Origin: a virus
Strand: one strand, 5' to 3'
IMG/VR virus record: IMGVR_UViG_3300028388_003280
Location: 32,001-96,000 of that record
DNA length: 64,000 nucleotides
The notes below the pieces were generated by a model, which was not told where the DNA came from, searched no databases, and saw only the letters and a program-made list of their open reading frames with translations. Positions 35,269 through 45,187 of this stretch are shown piece after piece. Every line of letters starts with the position of its first letter. The first letter of the stretch is position 1. Made by a program: the position numbers and the translations under genes.

Positions 35269-37110
35269 ATGGCTCCACGAGCAAACATCAAGTACATCAA
35301 TAGGGACTTCGACAGTCTAAAGCAGGATCTGCTAGAGTACGTCAAGCTCACCTATCCTGATCGCTACAACGACTTCAGCGAAGCTTCAGTTGGCATGATG
35401 CTGCTGGAGCTTAACGCGTATGTGGGGGATGTGCTTTCCTACCACCTCGACAAGCGGTACAACGAGATGTTTGTTGAGACAGCAGAGCAGCGGGAATCGC
35501 TGTTCCGCTTGGCTCGCAATCTCGGGTACAAGCCCCGCGGGAAGAGAGCTAGCGCTACACTCGTTGATCTCAGCATCACAGTCCCTGTTGCAGGCGATAC
35601 ATTCGACGCAGACTATGCACTCACCTACCAGCGAGGCATCCAGCTTCAATCAGAGTCTGGTGCATTCTTTGAGATCCTCGAGGACGTAGACTTCAGCAGC
35701 CCCAACAGCTTCCGCGGCGTTCCAAACCGCACAGTCACTCCGGTTATCGCAGGTGGCGAGATCGTCGAGTACGTGCTCACCAAGAGCGTCGTAGCTGTTG
35801 CAGGCCGATCAATTACAGAGACCCTGGAAGTCACCTCGTCAAATGCCCGCCCATACATGACATGGACGCTATCTGATGACAGCATCCTAGAGATCCGAAA
35901 CCTCATCAACTCAGATGTGTCATCTGTGCCAACCACCGAGAACGGTTGGGTTTCAAACGCAGATGATATCTGGTACGAAGTTGATTACCTCTCACAAAGC
36001 CAGGTCTTTGTCGAGACCACGATCGGTGACACAGCGGCAACCCGCACAGGATTCTGGCGCAGCGTGCCTAAGCGGTACGAAGCAAACTTCAACGAGAACG
36101 GCGAGCTCACACTCACGTTCGGCGCAGGCACCCAGAACTTTGACCTATACGCAAACTGGCTGGCTGAAGGTGCCACTGCATTGCAGAGGCAACAGCTACT
36201 GAACAACACGTCCATGGGTGTCATCCCAGCCCCAGGATCTTACCTCCAGGTGAGATATAGAACTGGTGGAGGCGTGGAGTCGAATGTCCCTCAGGGAACG
36301 ATCACCACAGTGTTGCAGGCTGATGTGTCGAACGTACCAGCTGCTGCGCCAGATACCATCACCCTGGCCAATGTTCAGTCATCTCTCGAGGTCAACAACC
36401 CCATCCCAGCAATTGGTGGTGCGGACTACGAAACCGAGGACGAGATCAGAGCAGCTGCTGCTGGTAACTTCGCCACGCAGGAGAGAGTGGTCACGATTGA
36501 TGACTACATCTCCCGCGCTGCCCAGATGCCATCTCAGTATGGCACGGTCTTCCGCGTGTACGCAAACAATGACCAGTCAAACTTCGTCACCAGACTCTAT
36601 GTCTTGACCAAGGATGAGAATGGCAAGCTGAAGAACACCGGCAACGACCTAGTGAAGCGGAACCTAGCAACCTATCTCGAGCAGTACAGACTGCTCAACG
36701 ATGTGGTTGAGATCTATGATGGTCGCATCATCAACATTGGTGTTGACTTCACAGTGCTCGTCGAGTCTGGCTTGAACAAGCGCCAGGTCGTTTACCAGTG
36801 CATCCAAGAGCTCAACGACTACTTTGCCATCGACAATTGGCAGATGGCACAGACACTCTACATCTCGCAGATCACAGACATCTTGCGGGAGGTTCAGGGT
36901 GTCGTCAATGTCGCAAGCCTCAGCATCGTCAACAAGTACGGTGAGGGCTATAGCGATGACGTCCTACCCGAAGCACTGCTCCAGGGCCAGGTCGTTGACA
37001 GCACGGGTTCAAATGTTATCAGGCCCGTGAACAACGCCATCAAGTGTGCTGTGACGAGCATGTTTGAAGTCAAGTACCCGAACAGGGATATTGTAGGAAG
37101 GGCATTATAA
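35269..37110 (+). CDS. Baseplate wedge subunit, gp6/baseplate-J-like
   Basis: RDFDSLK..L, LELNAYVGDVLSY, ARNLGYKP, YRTGGG, GGAD.E, QERVVT.DDY. Confidence 0.92.
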   Translation: MAPRANIKYINRDFDSLKQDLLEYVKLTYPDRYNDFSEASVGMMLLELNAYVGDVLSYHLDKRYNEMFVETAEQRESLFRLARNLGYKPRGKRASATLVDLSITVPVAGDTFDADYALTYQRGIQLQSESGAFFEILEDVDFSSPNSFRGVPNRTVTPVIAGGEIVEYVLTKSVVAVAGRSITETLEVTSSNARPYMTWTLSDDSILEIRNLINSDVSSVPTTENGWVSNADDIWYEVDYLSQSQVFVETTIGDTAATRTGFWRSVPKRYEANFNENGELTLTFGAGTQNFDLYANWLAEGATALQRQQLLNNTSMGVIPAPGSYLQVRYRTGGGVESNVPQGTITTVLQADVSNVPAAAPDTITLANVQSSLEVNNPIPAIGGADYETEDEIRAAAAGNFATQERVVTIDDYISRAAQMPSQYGTVFRVYANNDQSNFVTRLYVLTKDENGKLKNTGNDLVKRNLATYLEQYRLLNDVVEIYDGRIINIGVDFTVLVESGLNKRQVVYQCIQELNDYFAIDNWQMAQTLYISQITDILREVQGVVNVASLSIVNKYGEGYSDDVLPEALLQGQVVDSTGSNVIRPVNNAIKCAVTSMFEVKYPNRDIVGRAL

Positions 37111-37233
37111 TGCGTAGGAAGAAGACACTCGATGTGCTAACAGAGCATGAAGAAGAAGCTCGAACTCGCCGCCGCGAACTACAAGGCTCTGCGTCGCCTC
37201 GGCGACAAGCCAGCATAGGAATTACGGTACACC

Positions 37234-37425
37234 ATGGACTTTAGTTGGATCAGCGATCTCAAGGATCTCTTCTTCGAAGCAATCACTTACCTCGAGAGTG
37301 TCAATCCGTGGTTGGGCGTTTCCGCGGTTGTGATCCTTATACTGGCTGTCGCAGCCCGGATCGCTGATCTTGATGAAATCATCAGGGCATGGAAGGCGAA
37401 GGGGAACGACGATGAAGAAGAATAA
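37234..37425 (+). CDS. Small membrane protein (holin-like candidate)
   Basis: One hydrophobic helix and a charged C-terminus. Confidence 0.4.
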   Translation: MDFSWISDLKDLFFEAITYLESVNPWLGVSAVVILILAVAARIADLDEIIRAWKAKGNDDEEE

Positions 37426-37687
37426 ACCAGCTAGCATCAGAAGCTACCAACTCGCAGGCATCAACGAGAGTGACGATAGGAAGGCGGAGCGCGCAGCTGC
37501 AAAGGCTGTTCACGCAATGGAAAAGACGCACACTATTCTCACCAGCTTGGGTGAATTTGAAAAGGCTGTCGCTTCGTATGTCAAGCGTGAACTCGGCAAG
37601 GGCGGCAAAGTGCCAAGCCCACAAGCAATCAAGAAGTGGGCTTTGAACTACTTCGACGATGAAGAGATCAGACCAAAGAGGAAGTAG
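37412..37687 (+). CDS. Leader-family hypothetical protein
   Basis: RSYQLAGINE/S. Confidence 0.6.
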   Translation: MKKNKPASIRSYQLAGINESDDRKAERAAAKAVHAMEKTHTILTSLGEFEKAVASYVKRELGKGGKVPSPQAIKKWALNYFDDEEIRPKRK

Positions 37688-37691
37688 ACTG

Positions 37692-38228
37692 ATGAAGAGT
37701 TACGATAAAGAAATGTACGTCCAAAATATGCATCTTAACCCGGCCACTCGGGTTCAGAATGAGAGAAAGCACTCAAACATTGCTGCATGTAAGACGTATG
37801 AAGAGAATGTTGTTGGTAATGTTTTGGATGTTGGGTCAGATAATGGTACCCATACAATTTTGGTTGCTGAGTTTGATGGTGTTAATCAGATCACTGGCCT
37901 TACCCTGTCGGCCGAGGGTGTGCAGGCTTCTTTTGATACGTTGGAATTCATCCATCCAAAGTATCGCCAAAAGCTTAACTTTATTGAGGGCAACGCGTGT
38001 GATATGAACATGATCGAGGCTGCCTTTATTGGTGAGCTATATCGTGTATTGAAGCCTGGCCGGTCTTTGATCTTGTCGATTCCATATGAGCGTGCTCATG
38101 ACTGCGAAAATCACGTAACATATTGGAATGAGAAATCTCTATCTGAATTGATGACGAAGCATGGCTTCACTGTCGAAGACGTTCATCAGGGCATCGGGCA
38201 ATCTTTGAATGGAAGGTTCACAAAGTAA
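37692..38228 (+). CDS. Class I SAM methyltransferase, apparently with an internal deletion
   Basis: VLDVGSDNG, FIEGNACDM, ELYRVLKPG; the usual FD...EH segment is missing; AT-rich. Confidence 0.6.
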   Translation: MKSYDKEMYVQNMHLNPATRVQNERKHSNIAACKTYEENVVGNVLDVGSDNGTHTILVAEFDGVNQITGLTLSAEGVQASFDTLEFIHPKYRQKLNFIEGNACDMNMIEAAFIGELYRVLKPGRSLILSIPYERAHDCENHVTYWNEKSLSELMTKHGFTVEDVHQGIGQSLNGRFTK

Positions 38229-39604
38229 TGGCACGCTATCGCATCTACCCCAGCAAGAACAGCGTCATCTTTGAGGATGACCAAGACCGCAACGTCGGCC
38301 TAAACCCGGTGTTTGAGCTGTGGTATGGTGTAAGCGGGGTCACGCGCGCAGTATTCAAATGGGACTGGTCGGACTACTATGCTGACTTTCTAGCGGGAAA
38401 GGTCCCAGCTCTGACTGATGCGTCACTGACTAACTTCCATGCAGAGTTTACAGCGGTTGCTCCAATCCAACAAGCTGACAATGCTGTTGGGTTTGCTGAA
38501 TACGAACTAGAGTGTCCGGACCTCGACAACGCACACCAAATCATTGACTTTGAAGAGGGCATCGGTTGGTGGCACGAGGGTCCAGACATTGTGACTGGGT
38601 TCACAAACTGGGTCAATGCAACCGCTGCTCAAGCTTGGCCTGAGATCGGTGCAGCGCCCAACGGCACATTGAAGGCAACTGCTACTGCTGACCGGGATCC
38701 GGGTCAGCTCGTCTTCACATGTGCCAATGTAGATGGGGCGGCAGACAAGGTCTGGAATCAGCACGTGGTTCCGGATCAGTATCTTGTCACGGTTTTGAAA
38801 TACACCGATGCATACGAATCACTGACAGGCACGACACCTGGCCAGAAGAGGCTGATCTTCTCCAGACACACAAACACGCTCTTCACGCCATATCAGCAGG
38901 TCGATTGGGATGACCAGGTATTGTCTGATCGCAGCTCTGCCATTGAAACGACAGAACACGACCTGTATCTCTTCCTATACAAGAACGGCGTGCTGACAGA
39001 TCCGACATCAGTCGACTCCGTTGAGATCAACTCGGTGACGATCACCACGGGCATCAGTAAAGTCTCTACCGGTATTTACAAGTACACGTACCTAGTACCG
39101 GCAGGGCTCGATCCATCCAACACCGGAACCACTCTCACCGATACGTGGACCATCACACAGTCTAATGGCTTGCAGGTGACAGTGGCTAACGAGTTCACTG
39201 TCCGCAATGCAGCATATGCTGGAGACTGGTCTGGAGACACGGCATTGGCGGCACAGCCGTATCAGGTTTCACTGCCCAATCTGCAAGACGAGTATACGAA
39301 GGGCGATGAGGCATGCATCCGTGTGCTGTTCCGTCCCGAGTTCAGTTCGAACTACAGTGTGCTTCGCAACGCTGAATTCAGAATCCACATCCCAGACAAG
39401 ACAACCAGCGAACCAGCACTCGTCATGTACGACTGGTCGCCGATCAGTTATCGGGTCGAGAGTGATGGTACGGGGGACAACTTCTTCCTGCTTCAGACTG
39501 GTTGGTTCCTGACTGGCCAGACATACGAAGTCAACATCCGGTATAGCGACGGTGCGTCAACAACAACTGATGTCATCAAGCGAACCTTCAAGGTGGTAAC
39601 ATGA
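38228..39604 (+). CDS. Putative virion structural protein (beta-rich)
   Basis: Thr/Val-rich, Ig-like pattern; near baseplate genes. Confidence 0.6.
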   Translation: MARYRIYPSKNSVIFEDDQDRNVGLNPVFELWYGVSGVTRAVFKWDWSDYYADFLAGKVPALTDASLTNFHAEFTAVAPIQQADNAVGFAEYELECPDLDNAHQIIDFEEGIGWWHEGPDIVTGFTNWVNATAAQAWPEIGAAPNGTLKATATADRDPGQLVFTCANVDGAADKVWNQHVVPDQYLVTVLKYTDAYESLTGTTPGQKRLIFSRHTNTLFTPYQQVDWDDQVLSDRSSAIETTEHDLYLFLYKNGVLTDPTSVDSVEINSVTITTGISKVSTGIYKYTYLVPAGLDPSNTGTTLTDTWTITQSNGLQVTVANEFTVRNAAYAGDWSGDTALAAQPYQVSLPNLQDEYTKGDEACIRVLFRPEFSSNYSVLRNAEFRIHIPDKTTSEPALVMYDWSPISYRVESDGTGDNFFLLQTGWFLTGQTYEVNIRYSDGASTTTDVIKRTFKVVT

Positions 39605-40182
39605 GGGATAAGCGACTACTAGGCCTCGCTGGCGTTAGGCGAGTACCAGCGATCCACGAGCGTCGTGGATCTGACTCAACGTTTGAGTTCTGGAAAGATG
39701 CAGATGCTGTAAAGGGCATGTATGATCGTGACATGAAGGAGTACGGCATTCGCTTTAACCAGCCAGTCACAGTCAAGCTCCTCGATAATCCATATCCAAC
39801 ATGGGGTGGTGGCGACACAAAGAAGCTTGCCACGACCCTAAAGAAGGGTGACACCTTCACCTTCAAGGTCAACAAGGATTATAGCATCGACATCATCAAG
39901 CCATTCAAGGACAGATGGTCTGCCGGCTGGTATTCGATTGCCCTGCAGCTTGGCCGCAATGGAATCATCAGTAAGGTCAACGAACTCGTTGAAGCTGGTG
40001 ACGGCGGCCCGAGTCCGGCAGAGATCAAGAAGCACCTCAATACGGCTGCATCCAACATGGAGTTTGCCAAGGAAGTCATGAAGGCTGACCCAGAGCTTGG
40101 CAAGCAGATGTACGATCACGCAAAGAATCTATGGGATGCAATGCAGAACCTCAAGAAGTCGAGACGCCGAGGCGCAGTATGA
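39601..40182 (+). CDS. Leader-family multi-module protein
   Basis: MRDKRLLGLAGV...IHE/R; internal LVE/A. Confidence 0.65.
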   Translation: MRDKRLLGLAGVRRVPAIHERRGSDSTFEFWKDADAVKGMYDRDMKEYGIRFNQPVTVKLLDNPYPTWGGGDTKKLATTLKKGDTFTFKVNKDYSIDIIKPFKDRWSAGWYSIALQLGRNGIISKVNELVEAGDGGPSPAEIKKHLNTAASNMEFAKEVMKADPELGKQMYDHAKNLWDAMQNLKKSRRRGAV

Positions 40183-40955
40183 GCACCTGGCATGACGTCT
40201 TCCGTGAATACCGCAGGCGGCTCAACGAGTCGCCTGATCGTATTGAGCATGAGAAGTATGGAGTGCTCGGGAACTGGGCTGATGATGACGCCCATGCATT
40301 CGGTTACTACAAGGGCATCATGGCTGTCTCTGAACCAAGGAGATCACACGACTCAATCTTCTGGGACGATGTTAACAGAAAGCCGACCACACAGAGCGGC
40401 ATCCGCATTGACAACCGAGGCGGCAACAAGAGACTTGACCGATCCAGCTTCACGTTCCCAGGTCGCGTTTGGGTAGACAAGGAGATCATCTCGTTTTGGG
40501 TGTATCCTCCGCGTGGTAGGCTGCGCAAGATCATCAAAGACCTCGAGGATGCACTCCATGACTACTACGGTTACAGATACAACATCACACCCAATTGGAA
40601 GGTTGACATCCCACTCGCCACTCGGTCGAATCGCATCAAGGATGATGGTAGGGTAGCAGACTATGACAACTATGAATCTGATTGGATCTATGACACAGAC
40701 CGCGATTATTCAATGCTCTACACACTAGACCACATCCTCAAGAACAAGCCGATGGAAGGTATCGGCAAGCTCTGGAAGCAGATGGGCATCGACATGGATA
40801 CGGGTGAGGCACACGTGGCTTCGCCTATTGCCAAGAAGGTCGACAAGCTCAGCACCAGACAGAAGCGGGATCTGTGGAACTACTTCAAGCGTCTCGGCGA
40901 CTGGAGCCCAGCCGACAAGGCACTCTACAACTACATGGCGAGCAAGAACCGATGA
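40179..40955 (+). CDS. Leader-family hypothetical protein
   Basis: MSTWHDVFREYRRRLNE/SPD. Confidence 0.7.
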   Translation: MSTWHDVFREYRRRLNESPDRIEHEKYGVLGNWADDDAHAFGYYKGIMAVSEPRRSHDSIFWDDVNRKPTTQSGIRIDNRGGNKRLDRSSFTFPGRVWVDKEIISFWVYPPRGRLRKIIKDLEDALHDYYGYRYNITPNWKVDIPLATRSNRIKDDGRVADYDNYESDWIYDTDRDYSMLYTLDHILKNKPMEGIGKLWKQMGIDMDTGEAHVASPIAKKVDKLSTRQKRDLWNYFKRLGDWSPADKALYNYMASKNR

Positions 40956-41590
40956 CCGACTATCACCAGATGCACAGGAACTGGCGAGCACACCTCGTCG
41001 AAGCCTCGAGCTGCCCCATCAAGACCAAGCTATACGGCGGTCTTCCAGGTGGCGGTGGATACGGCTCGGGCACAGAGTATGAAGTTGGTGCACAGCAGAT
41101 GGCCGAAGCGGTTCACTGCATCCTCGGTTCAATTGGTAAGGCCGAAGGCGGTAATGACTACCGCATCGAACGCGGACACATCGAAGAAGAGCTCGGAATT
41201 GTGATGCATGTCCTGAATGAGTATAGCAAGGATCTGTACACAGACAGGATCTGGACAAGCGAAGAACAGCTCCGCGCTGCCAAATATAAGGAAGAATGGA
41301 TTGATAGACTGCTGGGCTATGCACAGAAGTCCGTTAACAGCATCCGCGCCAACTCGCCTGTCCTCGAGCGGACAGCTCGCGCCATGAAGTCGGCTGTTTC
41401 AAAAGACTACGATCCAGTCGTTCAACAGTTGATCGAAGACTGTTATGATGTAGTCATCGTGTTGGCTCAGGAAATGGGCAAGTCCGTAAGTGGTTGGCCA
41501 GATCGCCCAGTTGACAATGCATTCAAGAAGTCCACGCTCCGCAGAGCAGTGGCGAACCTACAACGATCAGTGAAGGAGCTGTACCGATGA
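40952..41590 (+). CDS. Leader-family hypothetical protein
   Basis: MTDYHQMHRNWRAHLVE/A. Confidence 0.7.
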   Translation: MTDYHQMHRNWRAHLVEASSCPIKTKLYGGLPGGGGYGSGTEYEVGAQQMAEAVHCILGSIGKAEGGNDYRIERGHIEEELGIVMHVLNEYSKDLYTDRIWTSEEQLRAAKYKEEWIDRLLGYAQKSVNSIRANSPVLERTARAMKSAVSKDYDPVVQQLIEDCYDVVIVLAQEMGKSVSGWPDRPVDNAFKKSTLRRAVANLQRSVKELYR

Positions 41591-41841
41591 GCCAGCGTGA
41601 TGATATTCGCAGGGCATTGCAAGAAGCAGGAGACACACAGAAGATGGTAACTGAGGGAGCAAAGGTCAGCCTCCAATTTTGGATTGTGTATCACACGGGG
41701 AAGTATGAAGCAGGGCAGCCTCTCGTCAAGCCTTTCGTTGTTGACGTATACACAGACGAGAGCAGAGCACGAGCAGCAGCCAACAAGCAACGCGAGCTCG
41801 GATATCAAAAAGTGGACCTGTGGGTGCCTAAAATCTATTGA
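41587..41841 (+). CDS. Leader-family hypothetical protein
   Basis: MSQRDDIRRALQE/A...VTE/G. Confidence 0.6.
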   Translation: MSQRDDIRRALQEAGDTQKMVTEGAKVSLQFWIVYHTGKYEAGQPLVKPFVVDVYTDESRARAAANKQRELGYQKVDLWVPKIY

Positions 41842-41902
41842 TAATGCTCGTCAATTGAATAGCGATTCATTTCAGGATCCATGCCAAAAACACTAAATCA
41901 GG

Positions 41903-41937
41903 GCCCCCAAAATAAAAAAAGTTTGGGGGCTCTTTTT
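41903..41937 (+). terminator. Intrinsic terminator
   Basis: GCCCCCAAA / TTTGGGGGC stem followed by TCTTTTT. Confidence 0.7.
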
Positions 41938-41938
41938 C

Positions 41939-41968
41939 GTATGCAAGACGAGCAGGGGCTGGTATAGT
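41939..41968 (+). promoter_or_regulatory. sigma70-type early promoter
   Basis: GTATGCA-N14-TGG-TATAGT, then AGGAGG. Confidence 0.78.
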
Positions 41969-42689
41969 TAGTCTGTACTTGAGAGGAGGCTGACATGACC
42001 ACGACCCTGACGAGCCGCGATTACACAATCCGCGCGGTGTGCGGCAGCTCGCCGACCATCTACATCGTGTGCTGGAAAGAAGAGCCGATCGCTCGCACAG
42101 ACGACATCACCGACGCCTACATGGCGATGCGTGACCATCAACGAGCGAACTCGTGACGTACAGGGGGCCTTGTGCCCCCTCCGATGAGGGCCGATCGGAA
42201 TAGTGTACAACCTTAGACCAGAGGTGTATTATGACGCAGGAATTCATCACGACGACGACTCGTGACACTGTGCTGCTGCACATCAACGACGTGGCTGACG
42301 CTGATATCTCGTCCCTCGCGAAGACTAAGGCCTACGAGTGGGTCAAGAGCAAGGCGTGGGACATGGACATCGCAGAGTGGATGGACGAGGGTCACGAGTT
42401 CAACGTCATCGCGCAGTGCATCTGTGAGATCATCCACGACGGTATCGTGGACGGCACCTACAACGCGGAGGACCTCGCGCAGTGAGACCTAAGGGAACAA
42501 CCTACGCCGCGCTGCATGCACGGCTTGAAGATCTTGACCAATCTCGGATTCTGTTGTCTGACAGAATCAAGCACAACGAGTATCGTGATGCTGAAGAGCT
42601 CCTGTACAATCTGGAGACTCTTGCACGGATCAACGATTCAATCCATGCCGTGTCGCAGATGTTGCGATACTTCATCCGGGGAGAAGGAA

Positions 42690-42878
42690 ATGAGTAAGCC
42701 CACTGTGAAGCTGGTTGGACGCGACGGAAACGCCTTCGTGATTCTTGGCGCGTGCCAGCGTGCTGCGCGAAAGGCTGGATGGGGCGAGGACCAGATCAAG
42801 TCTGTGATGAACGAGATGACGAGTGGCGACTACAACAACCTGCTCGCCACCGCAATGAAGCATTTTGACGTGAGGTGA
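42690..42878 (+). CDS. Small conserved-type phage protein
   Basis: LVGRDGNAFVILG...SGDYNNLL pattern. Confidence 0.7.
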   Translation: MSKPTVKLVGRDGNAFVILGACQRAARKAGWGEDQIKSVMNEMTSGDYNNLLATAMKHFDVR

Positions 42879-44216
42879 GACATGAGTACCAGCGTGTGGG
42901 TCGTCTTTGCACGACATGAGGGGCTCTACTACGATCTGGAGCCGATCCGGATGTTCACGAATCAGAAGGCTGCGCAAGACTGGATCAACATCCAGCGTGT
43001 GAAGCGGCAAATGGATCCGGACTACGGCTATCCCGTGTACGAGCTTGAAGAGTGGGCAGTTTATGACCGCGCAGTGGAAGAGGTGAACCATGAGAGCCAG
43101 TGAGTGCTGTGGCGGCCCTGTGCGCTACAACAAGTATCTTGACGCCATGATGTGTGGTGTCTGCGGTGACGAGGACCCCATCGCGAGCGATCGCATGTTC
43201 CGTGACCGTGAGAGCCGCAGAGCTCGTGACCGCATGCGGAACGCAGACATGCCGGGCTATGACAGCTACGGCTACCCCCTTGCAGATAGGGACTAATATG
43301 AGCACGATTCGCAAGAACGCCTATCTCGGATTGGCTACGACCGATCACGCCCTGCTTCAGATTGATGAGGCGTACAAGAAGGGCAACGACGTCTTCATTC
43401 TCAGGGAAGGCCAGTGGTTGACCTACGAGGACCGCGACTGGGACGACGGAGTTCTGCGGTTCTGGCTGACCGACAGAAGCGGCACGGAGTATTTCCTGCG
43501 GCCGCAGGAGCTGGAGTGTGCAGAGTGGTACGAGGAGGTGGACTGATGCAAGTCAAATGCTACGAATGTGATACCGAATTCCAGTTGACCAGCATGTTCC
43601 CCAGCTGCCCCGAGTGTGGCAGTGAAGACATCGACCTGCCTGAGGAGGACTGATGTTTCACTACGGATCCCGCGTCAAGTACGCAGCAGACTACGAAGAT
43701 CCACAGGCGCCAGTCGGGCGCGTGTTCGCCATGCTTGAAGGTGTGGTGCATGTAGATTTCCCACCCGTGGGCGACATGTACGAAGCACACTTTGGATGGG
43801 AGCACGATCAAGGCGAGCCCGAGATGTTCGTGCACGCCTACACAGGCGAGCCACTCGGAGAGTTCCAGCTTCTTAGTGAACACCTCATTGAGAGCTTCAG
43901 AGCCAACCTGCTCGATGGTGATAGTGAAGTAGACGCAGGCGCCAGCATGATCCGCGCAGATGCAGTGATTGAATGGCTCCGTGAGGAAGTCAACCATCTC
44001 GAGGTTCCACAGGGAGAAGACGATGAGTAGAGGATACCTTGAAGGATATTCGACGTACGAGTACCGCCAGGCTCGTAGTGCAGAGAATCACTGGTGGAAG
44101 CAGGCAAACAGTTACGAGAAGAAGTGGAAGCATCTGCGCAAGCACTTCCGTGACATGGTAAAGAACGGCGCGATCGAGGTTGACGATGAGACCGCCAAGC
44201 TGATTGGACTACGAAG

Positions 44217-44708
44217 ATGAACATCAAGAAGATTGCCTGGATCACAGCTGTGCTTGTATTTTCAGCGATTGCCACCTCAGCATATGCAGGTGGCAGCTAC
44301 AAGGGGAAAGCTGATGAGCTTTACGCGATCGCACGCTCGACGCCTGAGGCCTTTCAACAGCGGCCTGGTGCGAGTGTGGATCAACTCAGTGGCGGGTTCA
44401 TTGGCAGATTTACACGTGAGCATTTCCTGTATGTGCTGTTCTGGGACACGCCCAGCGCCTCGATCGCACAAGAGCTCCGTGAGTACGTCTTGCCCCTTGA
44501 TGGCAACGCAGCACGCAATCTGATCGCCGACTGTAGATCTGAGTTGGGCAGTCCAGACCAGGTTTTTGAATTGAAGCGCGGTGAGACTGTCAATACGCAT
44601 GTGTGGAAGATTGACAATAGATACTTTGCCATCGGCGCGTATCAAGATGTCCTGTTCTTCGCCAGCTTCGACATGCTCGGTTTGAGCATTTACTCCAAAC
44701 TCAAGTGA
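44217..44708 (+). CDS. Exported hypothetical protein
   Basis: Signal peptide ending SAYA. Confidence 0.7.
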   Translation: MNIKKIAWITAVLVFSAIATSAYAGGSYKGKADELYAIARSTPEAFQQRPGASVDQLSGGFIGRFTREHFLYVLFWDTPSASIAQELREYVLPLDGNAARNLIADCRSELGSPDQVFELKRGETVNTHVWKIDNRYFAIGAYQDVLFFASFDMLGLSIYSKLK

Positions 44709-44971
44709 GGGATGACCATGATTCAGGTAAAGTTTGAAGTCGTCAAGGAGGACCTGCTGTTTGAGGATGTCCGCGATGCCCTCAAGGCAGGTAAGCGAGT
44801 CACCGTGCTTTCGTCTGATTGGCAGACGGGCCTCTTGCAAGAGGAGGATGTCTTGGATGTGGATGAAGAGTACGGAACGATCTGGGTGTGGGATGGTGAC
44901 AGCGAAGCGTCTGCTGTCGAGCTCAGCCCACATGCTGAAATGCTGGTCGAGATCCACGAGGAGGTCCCTGC

Positions 44972-45187
44972 ATGACTGGAGGACCTAAAGTACGTTGCAA
45001 CGTGTGCGGCGTCGTGATACAATCCCTACATCGTCATGACTTCCAGGTCTGCGACTGCGATCCTACGCCTGACGGCACCGGCTCACAGATCTTCGTGGAT
45101 GGTGGAGATGACTACTTCCGTATGGGCTTCTGCAAAGACGCAGACTACACCGTGCTAGACGAGGAGAACGAAGATGCACGTGACTAA
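44972..45187 (+). CDS. Small zinc-binding protein
   Basis: CNVCG...HRHDF..CDC...VDGG.DY. Confidence 0.7.
   Translation: MTGGPKVRCNVCGVVIQSLHRHDFQVCDCDPTPDGTGSQIFVDGGDDYFRMGFCKDADYTVLDEENEDARD

Noticed and set aside
42203-42232. Promoter-motif copy as the promoter of ORF 42231
   Set aside because: Its -10 (TATTAT) overlaps that ORF's ATG, so it cannot drive this gene; kept only as a weak candidate for downstream genes
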